Positions 50,101 to 63,151 of a DNA stretch of 64,000 nucleotides are shown here, piece after piece. Numbering within the stretch: position 1 is the stretch's first letter; each line of letters begins with the position of its first letter. This DNA is from Bugula neritina (lineage: Eukaryota > Animalia > Bryozoa). The stretch is taken from positions 5,671,751 through 5,735,750 of the forward strand of contig OZ037773.1 of the NCBI GenBank assembly GCA_964035545.1. Direction: 5' to 3'. The position numbers and the translations under genes were made by a program. Below the pieces are notes generated by a model that saw only the letters and a list, made by a program, of their open reading frames with translations, searched no databases and was not told where the DNA came from.

Positions 50101-53100
50101 CACAAATGTCCATGGTTAATTAAAAAGTCATATAAAGTTCGAAGAATCTTGTAATGCAAGCTGCATTATTAACTTCCGACCCACTAGAAATATTTTTCAA
50201 TTTGCCATTTCAAAGAATAAATGAGTAGATAGTAAATTATGTGCCAAAACAACCAAAAACATTATACACATGACAAATGGGAACATATTCCTTTAAATTA
50301 CAGAAAATATAGTAAGTTTATCCAGGCCAGGTAGATACAAGTATGCCAGCAATTTTGTTATGCCAAGTTATGCTGTATATTCAAATAGGTGATTTATGGT
50401 TGCAAAGTTTACCAAGTATTGCAATAAAATCTAGGATTTACGAGTGAGTTAATGGAATGACTAGTTGAGAACCAAACCTGGATATGTAACAAACTGAGGC
50501 ATTGAACTATGAGTCTTGTACCTGGTAAGGATTGAAGGCTAAAGGTTGCGCTGAGAAACTAAGAGCAAACAGCTAGGAATAAGAACTGCAGTGAAAGTTT
50601 GAGAGTTAAGGAACTTGAAGAGATGAGAATACCAGATTAACGTAGCTAATCCTATGGGAAAGTAACTGGTGAGCTATGAATTATGTCCATCTGCTGTGCT
50701 AGCAGTATAAACATGTCTCAGCAAATCTCTCTAACAGTAAACACAGCACTTCCTGTGTAACGCATAGCATCTAATTTTGTCAATACAAGGAGGATGCGTG
50801 ACACTTTGGCATGAGGAATTATTTGCAGATGTGCAGATTGCAAAATTTGTGAATAATGGGAAAAACAATTCAATACATTCATTTAAATATCACTGCCCAA
50901 ATTATCTAACTGAACATTTTTAATAAGTATTTTGACATTTTCTGAATAAATATGCAAATTTCATAGTACATGGATACATGGGTATACATTGCCTTCATTT
51001 TGATTATGCAATAGTGCTCCTGGCCAATACAGATAAGGGTTATGCAACATGTGTTGGAAATGTTCATCGCTAGAGGTCATCTACACTGTAGAGGTTGAGT
51101 AATAGCTGTGATATTATTAGATATGCAGTGCAATGACTGAATCTATAGATATCAGTACACCAACTCGAGATACGTGTTCACCACTGTGTGAAATTACTAT
51201 TGTGTTTGGAGTGAATGAAATAGAAATTCCTACGCTCCTACAGGATGTCACATGCTTATGAAATAGGATACGAGTTTGTGTTTTCTACAGATGATTACCT
51301 TTAGAATAGAGACCCATTACTATGATTTTCTATACAGAAATATTTTTCCATTCATGAAACTTTCATTTGTTCTGCATCTCGCACATAATAGACACCAGGA
51401 GTGGAATTTCTTAAAGCTGATTTCAAGGAATGCAGATTAGAATAATGTAATGGTGAGATATATGATACAGTAAGAAATTAACCACAGCTGCCGAGATGAT
51501 ATTTTTGGCTCATATTCAACTACGCTGAAGCAATGAATCATGTATTAATGCCGTATGCAAATGATAGCAACTGGTTTTTCTGCAATGGATATGTAGACAT
51601 GTGCTGGGCTATTAATATCACAGGAAACTCTAGTTTAATAGTAACACAATAGCTTACATCAAACAAATTACTGCTGTATTAGCATGCATTTATACTTCTG
51701 TGAATGAAGTGATGCTATGGTATAAGAGTAAGTGTAAATGCCTTTTTTTTCAATCCACTTTATCAGCAGATTAAGCTGCATTTTTTAAAGGAGGATATCT
51801 AAGCTAAGCTTCAGCTTTTTTGTAGTGAATACACATGAGTAATCCAAGCTGCAGAAATGTCAATTCTATCGGCATTTAACCAGCAACAATACGTAAACTG
51901 ACCAGCCTAACCCTGCATTTGAACACCTCCATTATCTGCCCATCCATCTCCCATTGATATATCATCTAGCTAGTATAAAGTGATAAACCTAAGCTAGTAT
52001 ATCAAAGAAACATCAACAAAAGCTTCTTGAAGTTCTAGTATGATGACAGATGCTATTCTATTTCAGCATCGCAAAACATGAGTATAATTTATAGGCTTGA
52101 TAGCTCCAGAGTAATAAAACAAATTAGGAAAATAATTCATCTCAGATACAGTTACAAAAAGTTATTATTCTTAACTGGTGCATATTTCTAAAGAAAGCTT
52201 TTTATTGGCTGCTGGATCGCTGTAGATGCCACTCGTTATTAAATAAAAAGAAAGATGGAAATTCTTGATGGAAGCTGCAGCAGTGAGTGAATGACAGTGA
52301 CCCCTTCTTTGCCTTGCACAATGGAACCTTTGCAATTACTGGAAATATGGCTACCAGCTGAGTTAATAATCTATGGGCTATTGTTTTATGATGTAACAGA
52401 ACGGGGAATTCATCTCAGCATAGCGAATTTATTACGCACATTCAAAGTTTAATTTTCGAAGTTTTTCTAGTAAGCTAGAATTTGATCTATAGCAACATAT
52501 TTGAGTTAAATTTTTGCATTTTCTGTGAGCTGTTGCTATGGTTACAGTTAAGTTGTCATAGACTTGTGTATTAGTAGCTGGCAATTCATCAACCCTGGTA
52601 ACCACAGGGTATTATTCATGTTTATAAATCTCTGCATACATCATTGCTTATAATTTATAAATGTTTCAAGTGAGTGACACCACTGGTATTTGAATATGAT
52701 GGATTAGACTCTATACAAATGCGTTGGATATTTATGCCTAATAAGGGCGATGTCTGAGCCTCTCCTCTGAGAGTGTGTCACAGTTAGAGAGCACAGGCTA
52801 TAAACTGTGTTTTTGTGGAACCCGGGTCAGTGTTATGCATATTTGTATAAGTGATTACAATTTCATCAAATTGTTGAGATGTAAAGATTAAAATAACTTG
52901 AATTGATATCAAGACATGATGAGCTGGTGATGAATTGACATGCGACCTTTGATCACATTCTATTGAAAAAATGTTTTTTAAAAACAAGCTCAATCCGTCT
53001 AACATATCTGACATAATTTAGTGAATGCTGCTACAGACTGCATACCATGGATGTTCCATTAATTATGCCGGCTATCAAACCCATTGATGTCAGAAGTACC

Positions 53101-56100
53101 ACCCAAATTTTATCTGACATTAACCCTTTGACCCTGTCAGCATTCCTGCTAACCATACACAACATCTCTAGTAGCTAAAGTAAGAAAAGCAGAGTCTAGA
53201 GATATATGAGTGACATCAACTATGAGTAGACAAGAAAATGGCCGCAGCAGAGAACTAAGGAAGAGATATGAAGGCGAGTGAGAAAGGGCAAATGTTTTAA
53301 TTGGAGATAGCTAGTTAATGACTTCGTTAATTACAGAACTTCTTAGCAAATGCTATCAGCATGATTAGCCTATATCTTTGATTAACAAATAATAAACAAA
53401 CAGTATTCCACACCAGATTATGGACAGCTGCTGCCTCTTTGCAGCTCTGCATTTAGTGGCATTAATTATATGTCATAAGTCACAGTGCCAGCCCATATGG
53501 GCAATTTATTTTATATAGAAGAGCGTGTACTGGGTGCTAGTAGTCAGGCTTGCACCATGTTGAAGCTTTGAAGCTGTTGTGGAAGTGAAAAGAACTAGTT
53601 TACTGGTTTTTCCTGAATAAACTAAAGTCGATTGGTTAAAACAGACTTGAAAATCAAAAAGTGATTGTTTCCAAGCAAATTTCTTGCTATGGAAGCTTCT
53701 ATATTTGATATAGAACCATTTGATCCAGGGAATAGTTCAACACAAATAGGCATGCAGTGAGAGGTAGGTGCAGTAATGGAGAAATTGAGAAAAGCCTGTG
53801 TTCTAGATTAAAAATGTAGCAAAAGAAACATTAAAGAACTTAGGCAATCTCAATTTCTCCACTACTGCTCCTAAGTGTGTAGTGGTGTACCTTCTTTGCT
53901 CATCCCAAGAGCCAGGCACTTCTGCAGCCTACAGTACTGGCAGCGGTTTCTGTTCAACCTGTCAATCTGACATTTGCCGTCTTTCTGACACAAGTAGTTC
54001 GAAGCATTACTTTGACTTCTTCGAAAGAACCCCTGTAACACATAACAAAAAAGAGTGAAGATATGCATACATTACATCTAAAGAGCTAAAGAATTTACCA
54101 GCATATCAGTGAATAGGGGTGCTATTCATCAGCTCACACCCAGTCTTGTATCATACAAAATTCTTCTTTTAGTTTCAGCCACTAGGAATTTTGTTAACCT
54201 TTAGAACAGTCACCAAGTCACCAGACTACTGGCTGCAGTAGTGACTGGGTGAGAATAAGATGCAATACATGCAGGTTACAACTGTCTTCACTACATCAAA
54301 TATTAATGACACATACAGTTATCCCCCTGTGTATTAGTAGACTGTAGAAGCGTACCTTACAGCCTTCACACGTGATGACACCATAGTGGACACCTGATGA
54401 CTTGTCACTGCACACCTTGCATGGAATCACCTCTATCTCCGCTACAACAAGGAATGAGAAAATGAATCTTGGTTACAAATCCCTTTTGGAAAGTCAGGAA
54501 AACCAGGGAGTATTTAGCAATTATAAGGGGGAGGTGAAATTTTTGCCATTTACATGGAGATGGTCAGTTGAAGTGCCAAGTATCTTTGTACTGCTATTGC
54601 CATAGTACAAGGAACGAAGCATGTGCTAAGTTACAACTTCAGTACACAACATATATCAGTAGTATCCACTCTAATAGTTGGAATACTTATTATATGAAAC
54701 GTAAGACAGCTATAATTAGTATAAATGTAATTAAATATATATGTAGCATGTTATTGATTTTAATCTATAAACATATGCGCCAGGGGTGTCTGATAATTAT
54801 GCAGTGTAGATTATGCCGTTTATTTGAAGCTTCATCATCTGGTGGATGGACACAATTAGTAATTCGGCCCTAATTGAGTAGCTAAAACAGGCATGAGATC
54901 TGGCCGTGCCACCTCGCACTGGGAGACCAGTCTAATCAGCCGCAATCAATAATAGATATCAGAGATTGGCTGCATTCTTAGATGCAGGAAACGTGTATTA
55001 CCCGAACAGGAAATGAGCATATACTAAGCACATGGTTGAGCAGAGAGCAGAATATGCTAATAAGTGTTTCGGCATAAGTTTATTTAATAGGTACACATTA
55101 AAAAGCATACCTGGTATGCATGGTTTATCAATGAATAAATTTGCACTCACTATATCAAAGTGCTAGCTGTACTTAGGGACTTGATGAGTAAATATGGCAT
55201 AAAATTCAACCTTTGCAGCTTGCCATATATATTATATTACAAAGAGGGCGTTCAAGTATATTGGCAGCAGGTGATTCATCATTTAAAGCAGCATTGAGTT
55301 GTATTCAAACCAATCTCATCAATCAATGTCCACAGGGGTTTAAGTTCATGAATATAGATTTCTTGAATTATATGCTTTGTGTATTTTGCACGCTACTATA
55401 TATTGAAGTCGCAGTGAAAGGCTCGAACAGACTGGGAACTATTAAAACATCCTGAAATGGAAACTAATCTAATTCAAACAATAGATTAGCTACAATCAAT
55501 CAAAATAAAAATGACTTCTTTTTCCTGAAAAAAAAACTGATAGAGAATAAAAGATGAAGAATTCCTTAGTGCTCCAACTATCAAATGTTAAATAACTGGA
55601 AGGCTGGCTTTTTTTCACTAACTTCTTCAAAGTCTGCCTCATCACAAAACGGCTGTCAAAGCAAGCTTGAAATATTCTGGAGACTGTTGATTCATGCACA
55701 GAGAAGATTTGTTAGAGTGAGTGCCAGAGAAATCAAAAACATGTCACTGAGTATGCACAAGAATGTAAGAATACAAGCCAGCCAACATTCCAAAATTATA
55801 AAATATCACTTTAAAGAGATGAACAACAGAACAGAGTTAGAAAGAAGAATGTGTGAAATGGTTTTCCGACCCCATAACCTTTAGAAGTTAAATAAATAAA
55901 GGTCATGACTAACGGACAGGGTGGGGACTATCATAAATGTTATATCAGTAAAATTAATAAGACTGCCAATTACATTGCATAAGCTGACACTAAACAGAGT
56001 TATAATAGGTACAAGTGGTCGTGACACCCAATGAGTCATAGTATATTGAACTAGCTGTGATGTAAGCTTAAGCAGGCTTGCAGACATTTTCTGTAATATA

Positions 56101-57546
56101 ATGCTGATAAACTTTCGGTTAGGTTGTGGTTGACCTATAGCTTAGATGTGGGAAGTCAGATTTTTTATGAGTCTGATCAATTTCACCAGTTCACAACTTC
56201 AACTTAAGATTTGGATACAATTTTAGGAATGGCGACTAGGCCGCAGATTTATATAAATAGTAAAGGGCGTCTAACTCCTCTTAATCAATTAGGGGTTCGT
56301 AATTGCAAACGCTCAATGGAATTAGCACAATAGAGTTGCAGCTTAATATTGTTTGCTAATTATAATCAATATACAAAGCAGGCTTGGCACGGACCCAACG
56401 GAATTTTGCATACGTTCAAATGGCCGGGATTAGACAATTGGTTAATGCTTAGCTACTGTACAGCAGTGTCTAGACTCCTAGTCTTATCGATAAGCTTATT
56501 ACTATGATAAAGTGCATATAATTCGACTGTTGGAACTAGACCTGCAAGGCAGATCTTCCTTCAGACCCCTAGAGGCTTGTCTCGTACTTCAGAATAGTAA
56601 CCTTTTATTTAGTATATTACATTTTTGTGTTTCGAAATACTGCATTAATTAGTAATAATTTAAATAAAAATCAACACGCAAACTCTAGTAGAGCAAAACA
56701 AATCTAGACAAGTTGAAATAGCAACATTAAATAAACCAAAACTCATTATGACCCATTAAGACTATGCAAAGATATGAAATTTACAGAACAACCATGTTAA
56801 TTAATATGATGCAAAATTTGAAGCTAACAACGATGGAATATATGACGTTATGCTATTGAATTTAATATGAATAGTTTGGCACAGACTAAAAGTGGTTAAT
56901 TTTGAAATTGTAAAGCAAAAGTAAAAACTTCAAGATCTTGATATTTATGTAAATATTGATATGGTTAACTCATACCAATGCTAGCATTCACATGGAGTAG
57001 AACAAGAATCATATTTATGATAGTTATAATTAAAAACATCTATTTACACTAAGTTCTATTAGTGCTTATTAGGGCTTAAATATTGTTGTGGTAGTTTCAT
57101 TAAACTTAAACTTAATGTTGCAATAAATTATAAACAATATTGATAACAAATACAACAGAACTTAAATTTTAAATATTTGGTATGAATATCATTATGTTTA
57201 TCATTGTGATAGTAAACTTGAAGATAGAAAATTAAATTACAAATATTATAGTATTTATATCTACTCCAGAGCAACAAATAGAGAAAGCAATTATCTTAAT
57301 ATTAAAAGTTGATGTGAAGATTTAAATTTTAACTATTGATGCCCAGCAGAAACAAGACAATACTTTTCAATCTTGTGACAGATGATATATGATTGCATAG
57401 TTACAGTATATTATAGTCTATAAGTATAAGTCTAAATGTTGTTACAATAATATTATATCTATATAGTATATAGGTTTACTTTCACTTTGACTGAGTTTAG
57501 CTTTTATACCTTTAATTCCTTTTGAATGTGAAGAACCGGGTTTCAT
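42386..57546 (-). CDS. HR3: Nuclear receptor HR3/ROR family (NR1F), ~397 aa
   Basis: 9 exons: 57510-57546, 54356-54441, 53891-54032, 49523-49652, 47318-47406, 46828-47058, 45653-45757, 44982-45098, 42386-42642. [38 protein letters not shown]; [30 protein letters not shown]; [27 protein letters not shown]; AF-2 FPALHRELF. Confidence 0.92.
42645..42800. repeat. 18-bp minisatellite (CTACAGACAGCTACAGTA) abutting the HR3 last acceptor
   Basis: About 8 copies; the transcribed strand is an array of YTGTAG. Confidence 0.85.
44030..44242. repeat. (TAG)n microsatellite in HR3 intron 8
   Basis: Long near-perfect GTA run; source of the poly-Val ORF. Confidence 0.97.
45583..45660 (-). repeat. ~25-bp tandem repeat duplicating the HR3 exon 7 donor (3 copies)
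   Basis: Minus strand CAATATAG|GTAAGC, CAATACGG|GTACAC, CAATATAG|GTACAC. Confidence 0.8.
46640..46735 (-). mobile_element. tRNA-derived SINE, copy 3 (5'-truncated)
   Basis: Matches the 3' body of the copies at 8764 and 17760 (CTGTGAGAAAACCCCTGA...GCACAGGAGCAATTATGACTGGATGCT). Confidence 0.85.
47420..47640. repeat. ~45-bp minisatellite TAGATGTCTATGTGCTATGTCATTATAAACTATAT... beside the HR3 exon 5 acceptor
   Basis: 5 copies. Confidence 0.9.
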
Positions 57547-57900
57547 GGTGTTTGATTAAAGATTACAAACAGTTCTATTACTCGATTGTAAACTGTATCA
57601 CGACCTATGTTACTTGCAGCTGCTAACAACAAAACATACAGACAAGTAGATCTGCCCACGACCAGCACTAAAAACGAAACAGCAAACGTGATAAAATTTC
57701 TAAACGTTTTGAAGCAAAACAGGGTGCGGCTACAATATCCAATGAAACCGCCTGCTTTCTAATAGACTGCGCGCTTTTGTGTTATATTTATGAATAAGGT
57801 GCTGGTATAGGTTTGATATGCTTGACTAATTTGTGGATTTACAGCTAAACCTAGCGATTACATTCAGTAACATTGTATTTCCGTGGCTCCCATCTCGGGC
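57547..57900. promoter_or_regulatory. Putative bidirectional promoter, HR3 / CARNMT1
   Basis: 354 bp between divergent ATGs; locally CpG-rich relative to introns; CCAAT ~57739; TGCGCGC ~57768. Confidence 0.6.
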
Positions 57901-59313
57901 ATGATGAATGCTGCTTCTAAAAGTAGTAGTACATCAAACAACTCTGCCTCAGAGCAAGATTCTCAGCTAACAGCGGAAGAAGAACAGAAGGAAAGGGAGC
58001 ATTTTCAAAAAGTTGTAGATGCATTTCGTTACTACAGGTACCACATCAAATTTTGTTCATGCGAGACTGTCTTAGTAACTGACACTCTGACAGTGACACT
58101 GACAGTGACAGAGTGAGAGTCAGAGTGAGACTGAGAGCAACACTCACACTGACAGTGGCCTCACTTTGAGTCTAAGGAACTCTAACTGACTAACTCAGTT
58201 TGACTTTAGGTTAAACTCAAACTGTCAGCTCAACTTTATCAAATTAAATTAGATAATTTATGCATCTCAGTTCCATTTTTAGTTTTAGTACCGCCACATA
58301 CGCTAAATAAAAATATTAAATATTTATACTTAATCTTATACTTATAGTATCTATTAAGTATTATCTAATAATGATAAACTTAAACATTAACAATAATTTG
58401 AATTTAGTTTCACTTTGAGTCTGATATATTAACTTGAAGTCAGTAATTTCATGGTCATAATGATAGCCACAATGACAATCACTCATTGTAATTGTGATTC
58501 TTTGGATTAACTTAGTGATTGTCACAGTAACCGTTGAGTAGATGACTCAGGTTTTACATTTGAGTTGGTGTTTGATTTTGTTGTATTGTTTTAATCATTC
58601 AATTACTTGTGCTTTTAGAATTCATTCATTGAGGAGAGTAGCAGTTGCAGAAAAGCATTTCAATGATTTGCCTTCCCGCCAGCAGAGTCTTGTGCCTAGT
58701 TTTGCAGACACTCTGCTCAAATTGCAGCAAGCTGTTGACCAGAACTACATTGTAGTCAAGCAGATTATCAGATCTGCAGAGAAGATATTTGAAAATAGAT
58801 CTTTTCAATTAGACTCAGTAAGTCAATAGTTGAATAGCCAGTGTTGCAATTAAGTAGGTCACCCATGTTTGACTTGACTAAGAGGCCACAACTCTAATAT
58901 CAATGCTCTAGAAATGTTTTGATGGTCATACATTGGAAGTTGACAAATATTTTAAATAACCTTAGGGAAATAACACGCTGTGTAAGTGCTATGGCTGTGT
59001 AAGTGCTATGACTCCCTAGTTCAACTCATTGCATAAAGCGGAGATGACAACTCCAATTGCAACCAATTTACAGCTATTATGCTTCAATTTTACCTTTGTT
59101 TTAATATGTATTAACATTTTATTATTTCAAATGTAACTTCTAGAGCACTGTAAATGAAGTTCCGGAAAAATTACCGACCGAGTTCGACATGGACAAAGTG
59201 AAGACAACTCTGAAGCAGTTGGTGAGAGACTGGAGTGAGGGAGGGGCAGCAGAACGTGAGGCATGTTATGCGCCAGTCATCAGAGAAATTCTCAACTTAT
59301 ATCCTAATGAATG
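57901..59313 (+). CDS. CARNMT1: Carnosine N-methyltransferase 1 (C9orf41/N2227 family), first three exons; continues beyond the window
   Basis: Exons 57901-58037, 58619-58817, 59144-59313: [16 protein letters not shown]...[13 protein letters not shown]...[36 protein letters not shown]. The LVPGAGLGRL exon was not found before 64000. Confidence 0.92.
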
Positions 59314-59903
59314 GTAAGACAGTTTGATGAAGGTAATAGTAGTAGATTAACTAAAAGGTTGAAGAAAACTCACCTGATATCATTTGTATAGGAAAAAATA
59401 TGGTGTCAAATTTTGTCTAAGACTTGTTGAACATTTTAATATGCATGTTGTAAACATGTATTAACTTATAATAGTGTGTGGAATTTTATATCAATTATGA
59501 AAAGACTCCCCATAAACTATTTTAAACAATTTATGTTTAATACCCAACCAGTGGGTTTGCTAATTGAAAATTCCGTTAATAAAATTTTATTTTAAAAGCT
59601 GACAAAATTATAAATCTATCAAATGATTTGCTTGCTGTTTTACAAATTTCAATGTCACAAACTTTCAAAATATTTCAAAATTCGGAGTTATCAACACCTG
59701 GGCAAAATGTACTGATAGTACAGATATAAATAATTTGGAATTGTCATAACTCCAGTTTCATCGTGATTTGCTCATCAAACTCCTTTTTAAGCATAATTTT
59801 AGTTTTTTAAATAGAAAAGTGCAATCATGTATTTCAAAATTATTTCTATAGTCCTTCTAAAAATCTTATTACCATTAATAAAACATTCAAGAACTCCATT
59901 TAA

Positions 59904-60278
59904 GGCCTGGCCACACGATCGTGAGAATCACACAAAATCCTCTATTTGACAAGAAAAATTATTCGTACGAGAAAATTTGAGGGAATTCAAACGAAATCGT
60001 CATCGTTGGGTGTACGCAACGATGACGATGGACGAAAAATCACAATCAACGATAAGTATCATTTGATTGGTCAATAGAATTTTAGCAACAGTAATAATTT
60101 CATTTCTACCACGTTTCTCTATTTGACAATTTTCTGCTTTTTGTACCTCGTGCAAGACTCATTCACGGACTATTTATTATGTGTTTTGTCCGACGAGTGT
60201 GTGGCTGGTCAAAACAAGAGGATAACTCACGAAAATCGTCACACGATTTCGTATGATTCTCACGATCATGAGGCCAGC
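59904..60278. mobile_element. PIF/Harbinger-like MITE
   Basis: ~30-bp imperfect inverted repeats CTGGCCACACGATCGTGAGAATCACACAAAATC / GATTTCGTATGATTCTCACGATCATGAGGCCAG; left end TAA|GGCC; right terminus degenerate; CpG-rich; internal hairpin. Confidence 0.7.
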
Positions 60279-62694
60279 ATGTGCCTGTAGCAGAAAACTC
60301 TGCTTTAATATAGATTAGCTGGCCTAAAGTCCTCTTATTCATTAATAATTTTTTCAGACAAGACAATAATTATAAAACTGAAGTGAGAAAATAATTTTCA
60401 AAACCAACAAAGTTTTCTGGTCTATAATCATAAATGGCCCATAACATGAAGTTCAAAAATTACCATCTCTGCACTTGTTTTAACTTTTGTAAACAAGTAG
60501 GTATTTATTTGGCTTGGTTAGTCATTAGCTCATTGCATTCTTATTGCTATTTTAAGTATGGATCACACAACACGCTTCACGAGTCAATATATCTATTGAA
60601 AAGTGACGCGAGGAATTTCAAGCATTTATATTTATGCAGAAAGTTAAACAGCCAGCTGATTGCATTTATGTTGCAAGATATTCATACTTCCTGTCACTAT
60701 TCAACTCTTTCAGTGGTATGTGTAGTATTTTTCTACTGACAAACTAATTGCCCTTAAGTTTATAAAAAATAGCTAATGGCAGCTATGACTGAAGCATATA
60801 AAGGGTGCATGTAAATAGCGTTCCTTATCTAGTACTCTCTAACTTCAACTCATTCTCTAACACAGTACTGAGTCACCTCTGGAAAATTAGCTATTTTTTA
60901 ATTTTAAGAATCTGGGAAAGTGAGTTTTAAAGTCGTCTGACTTGCTTTTGAAGCAATGAGCAATTGCAATATGCATGTCAGTTGACCACGTCCTTCGTTT
61001 GACCAATGGCTAGTACTTGTCAACTTTTCCAACAACTATTCTATACAGCTTCAGTCAGTTGCGAATAGTATAGCTGCTAGTATGACGGTGTTTTACTTAT
61101 TCAATACTGGAAATTGTCATGAAAAACCGGCTTTAATTTGACAGCCTTTTGAAAGTTTTGGAGTTAAATTCTGTTCCCCATTTTGGTTTGCTCTGCGGGA
61201 CTAAAAGGGGTAAAAAGTTGTGAAAGTTGCCACAACTTTTCAATCATTTCTGGGTTCACCTTATCAAAGTCCTTATCTGGCAACTGACAACTGTTTTGCA
61301 TAGGAAAATAGAAATACTGGGCAAGCCTAAAATAAAGGTTTAGTACGCCGTAACTAAGCCAACCACATTTGCATGATGGACTCATGAGCCAAATATTGTG
61401 GAGCAATAGATAGCAACTATTTTATGACTTAATTAGTCATACTAACTCCCAATGCAAAAGGATTTGAGATAACATATCTAGATGATTAAAAAGTTGGCTA
61501 AGTTTTAAGGATGAAAACACCCGTTTCCATAAATAATTGCATTTAAACTATATAATAATTATGGGTTTCACATAAGCATGCTGAGCGTGGCAATTCTAAA
61601 AACAATAACAATAATTAGATAGCATATGTGTTACCTACACTTCCATTAAATATTAGTTACACTTGCATATTGAATAACTAATTTATATGGTAGTTACAAG
61701 TAATTCATTCCTCCCAATAAAGTCATCAAAAAGTGAGCACCTTTGAGAATGTTGTAAAAGTTAGAAATAAAGCTTTCTAAATGATAGCAATAGATTATAG
61801 TTAAAGAACCTTTGTGCAATTGAAAGTAACTCATTGGTGGTTGAATCTCCAGTTAAAGGCTATTGATACATATTCAGAAGTTTCAACCATGAGCTAACTC
61901 ACAAATAATTATGATTAATTGAAAGAAATTGTTCAATTTTACAAGCAGAGGATGTGGTAACTTTTCCTTCATTCTTTTGTTTACCAAATAACCTTGATTG
62001 GAAATAGAATTTATGCAGCTGTGCTTTGTTTTGTCAGTTCAGATTTATTGCATTTTTTTTCTTTTACACAAGAGGAAATAGCACGAGAGCTTTAAGACAA
62101 TAATTTGAAAATCTGTACTTTTCATGCATACAATTTTCTGTTTTAGTTGACTAGCATTTTCATTTATATGAATAAACATAACAAGCAATTGGAACCTAAA
62201 GATTTTCACAACTTCAGGCATTAACGTCTTCTTGTTCTTACTTGATATTATAATACAAACTCTCTGCCTCCTAGAACTTTGATATAAGGATAGGAATTAT
62301 GATATTTACTGAATTTACCTGCATGCGTGTCCTAAATTTAGATTCTTATGAATTTATTTTGTAACATCTGATCGACACCTTAATTATACCTTTGAAGATG
62401 CTTGTCTTTCAAAATTATAGGATATATGTTGGCAGTCGATGTGACACTATGGTAGTTCAAATTAGTAAATCATTTTTATTAATACAAGGGACAGAAAACC
62501 ATCAGCTATTACAATTGAAGGTGTGGCTAAAATCCATGACAAAGTGAAAAAATAGTTTAGCAGCACATGGCAAAAAGTACTCAGTGGCATCAAATGGTGA
62601 CATTAAGAGCAGTATGACCTAAAACTAACCAATCAGCAGTACAATTGACAAATAGTATACAGCCAAGCTACTCAAAGCATTCTGTAAAAACTTC

Positions 62695-62767
62695 TGCCCC
62701 CACCGAGAATCAAACCGCAGACCTGTAGCTTGCAAGCCAGCGTGCTAACTGTTACACTATACAAGCT
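62695..62767 (-). mobile_element. Degenerate tRNA-like sequence (probable SINE head; Ala-TGC-like loop)
   Basis: Minus strand GCTTGTATAGTGTAACAGTTAGCACGCTGGCTTGCAAGCTACAGGTCTGCGGTTTGATTCTCGGTGGGGGCA: A/B-box-like motifs, but the stems are broken. Confidence 0.5.
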
Positions 62768-62849
62768 ACTGGAGAATCTCTACACCACACATTCCCACTT
62801 CCAAACAAAGTTGGATTTTCTAAATTATTATCATGTCATCAGTACTTAC

Positions 62850-63151
62850 TCTAAAAATAATGCTGAAATAGTTGTTATAATAGACATACTTGCATGTGCT
62901 GGGAACAGCTTTTTACTTGTACCCTTCAGTGGGTGTGCTCTTCGTGTTAGATAGTGTTGTAATCCAGCATTCGGCGATTGCTCTACTCTCTCTACCTCTT
63001 CTTCTATGTCTTGGATTTCCTGTTTGATCATGGTGTCCATGGGAAGGCAGGGTGATATTATGATGGTCCTTTTCATCTTCTTCTGCCTCCTTCTCTGATA
63101 CTTCATATTGACAAATAACACTATTGTGTCAGGTTGATTGGGCTTGGCCTC
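62850..63151 (-). CDS. Candidate coding exon of an unknown gene nested antisense in CARNMT1 intron 3
   Basis: Acceptor TTTCGCTATAG| at 63151 in frame with an open ~100-codon frame (EAKPNQPDTIVLFVNMKYQRRRQKKMKR...DIEEEVERVEQ); donors at 62922 (G|GTACAA) or 62849 (GA|GTAAGT); no recognisable family. Confidence 0.35.

Noticed and set aside
47641-57500. Short ORFs in the large HR3 introns
   Set aside because: Random-length ORFs with no domain similarity or exon-like composition
60765-60900. 13-bp inverted repeat AAAAATAGCTAAT
   Set aside because: Short and AT-rich, no TSD; compatible with chance or an unrecognisable remnant
62695-62767. Possible tRNA-Ala gene
   Set aside because: Acceptor and anticodon stems are broken; treated as a degenerate SINE head
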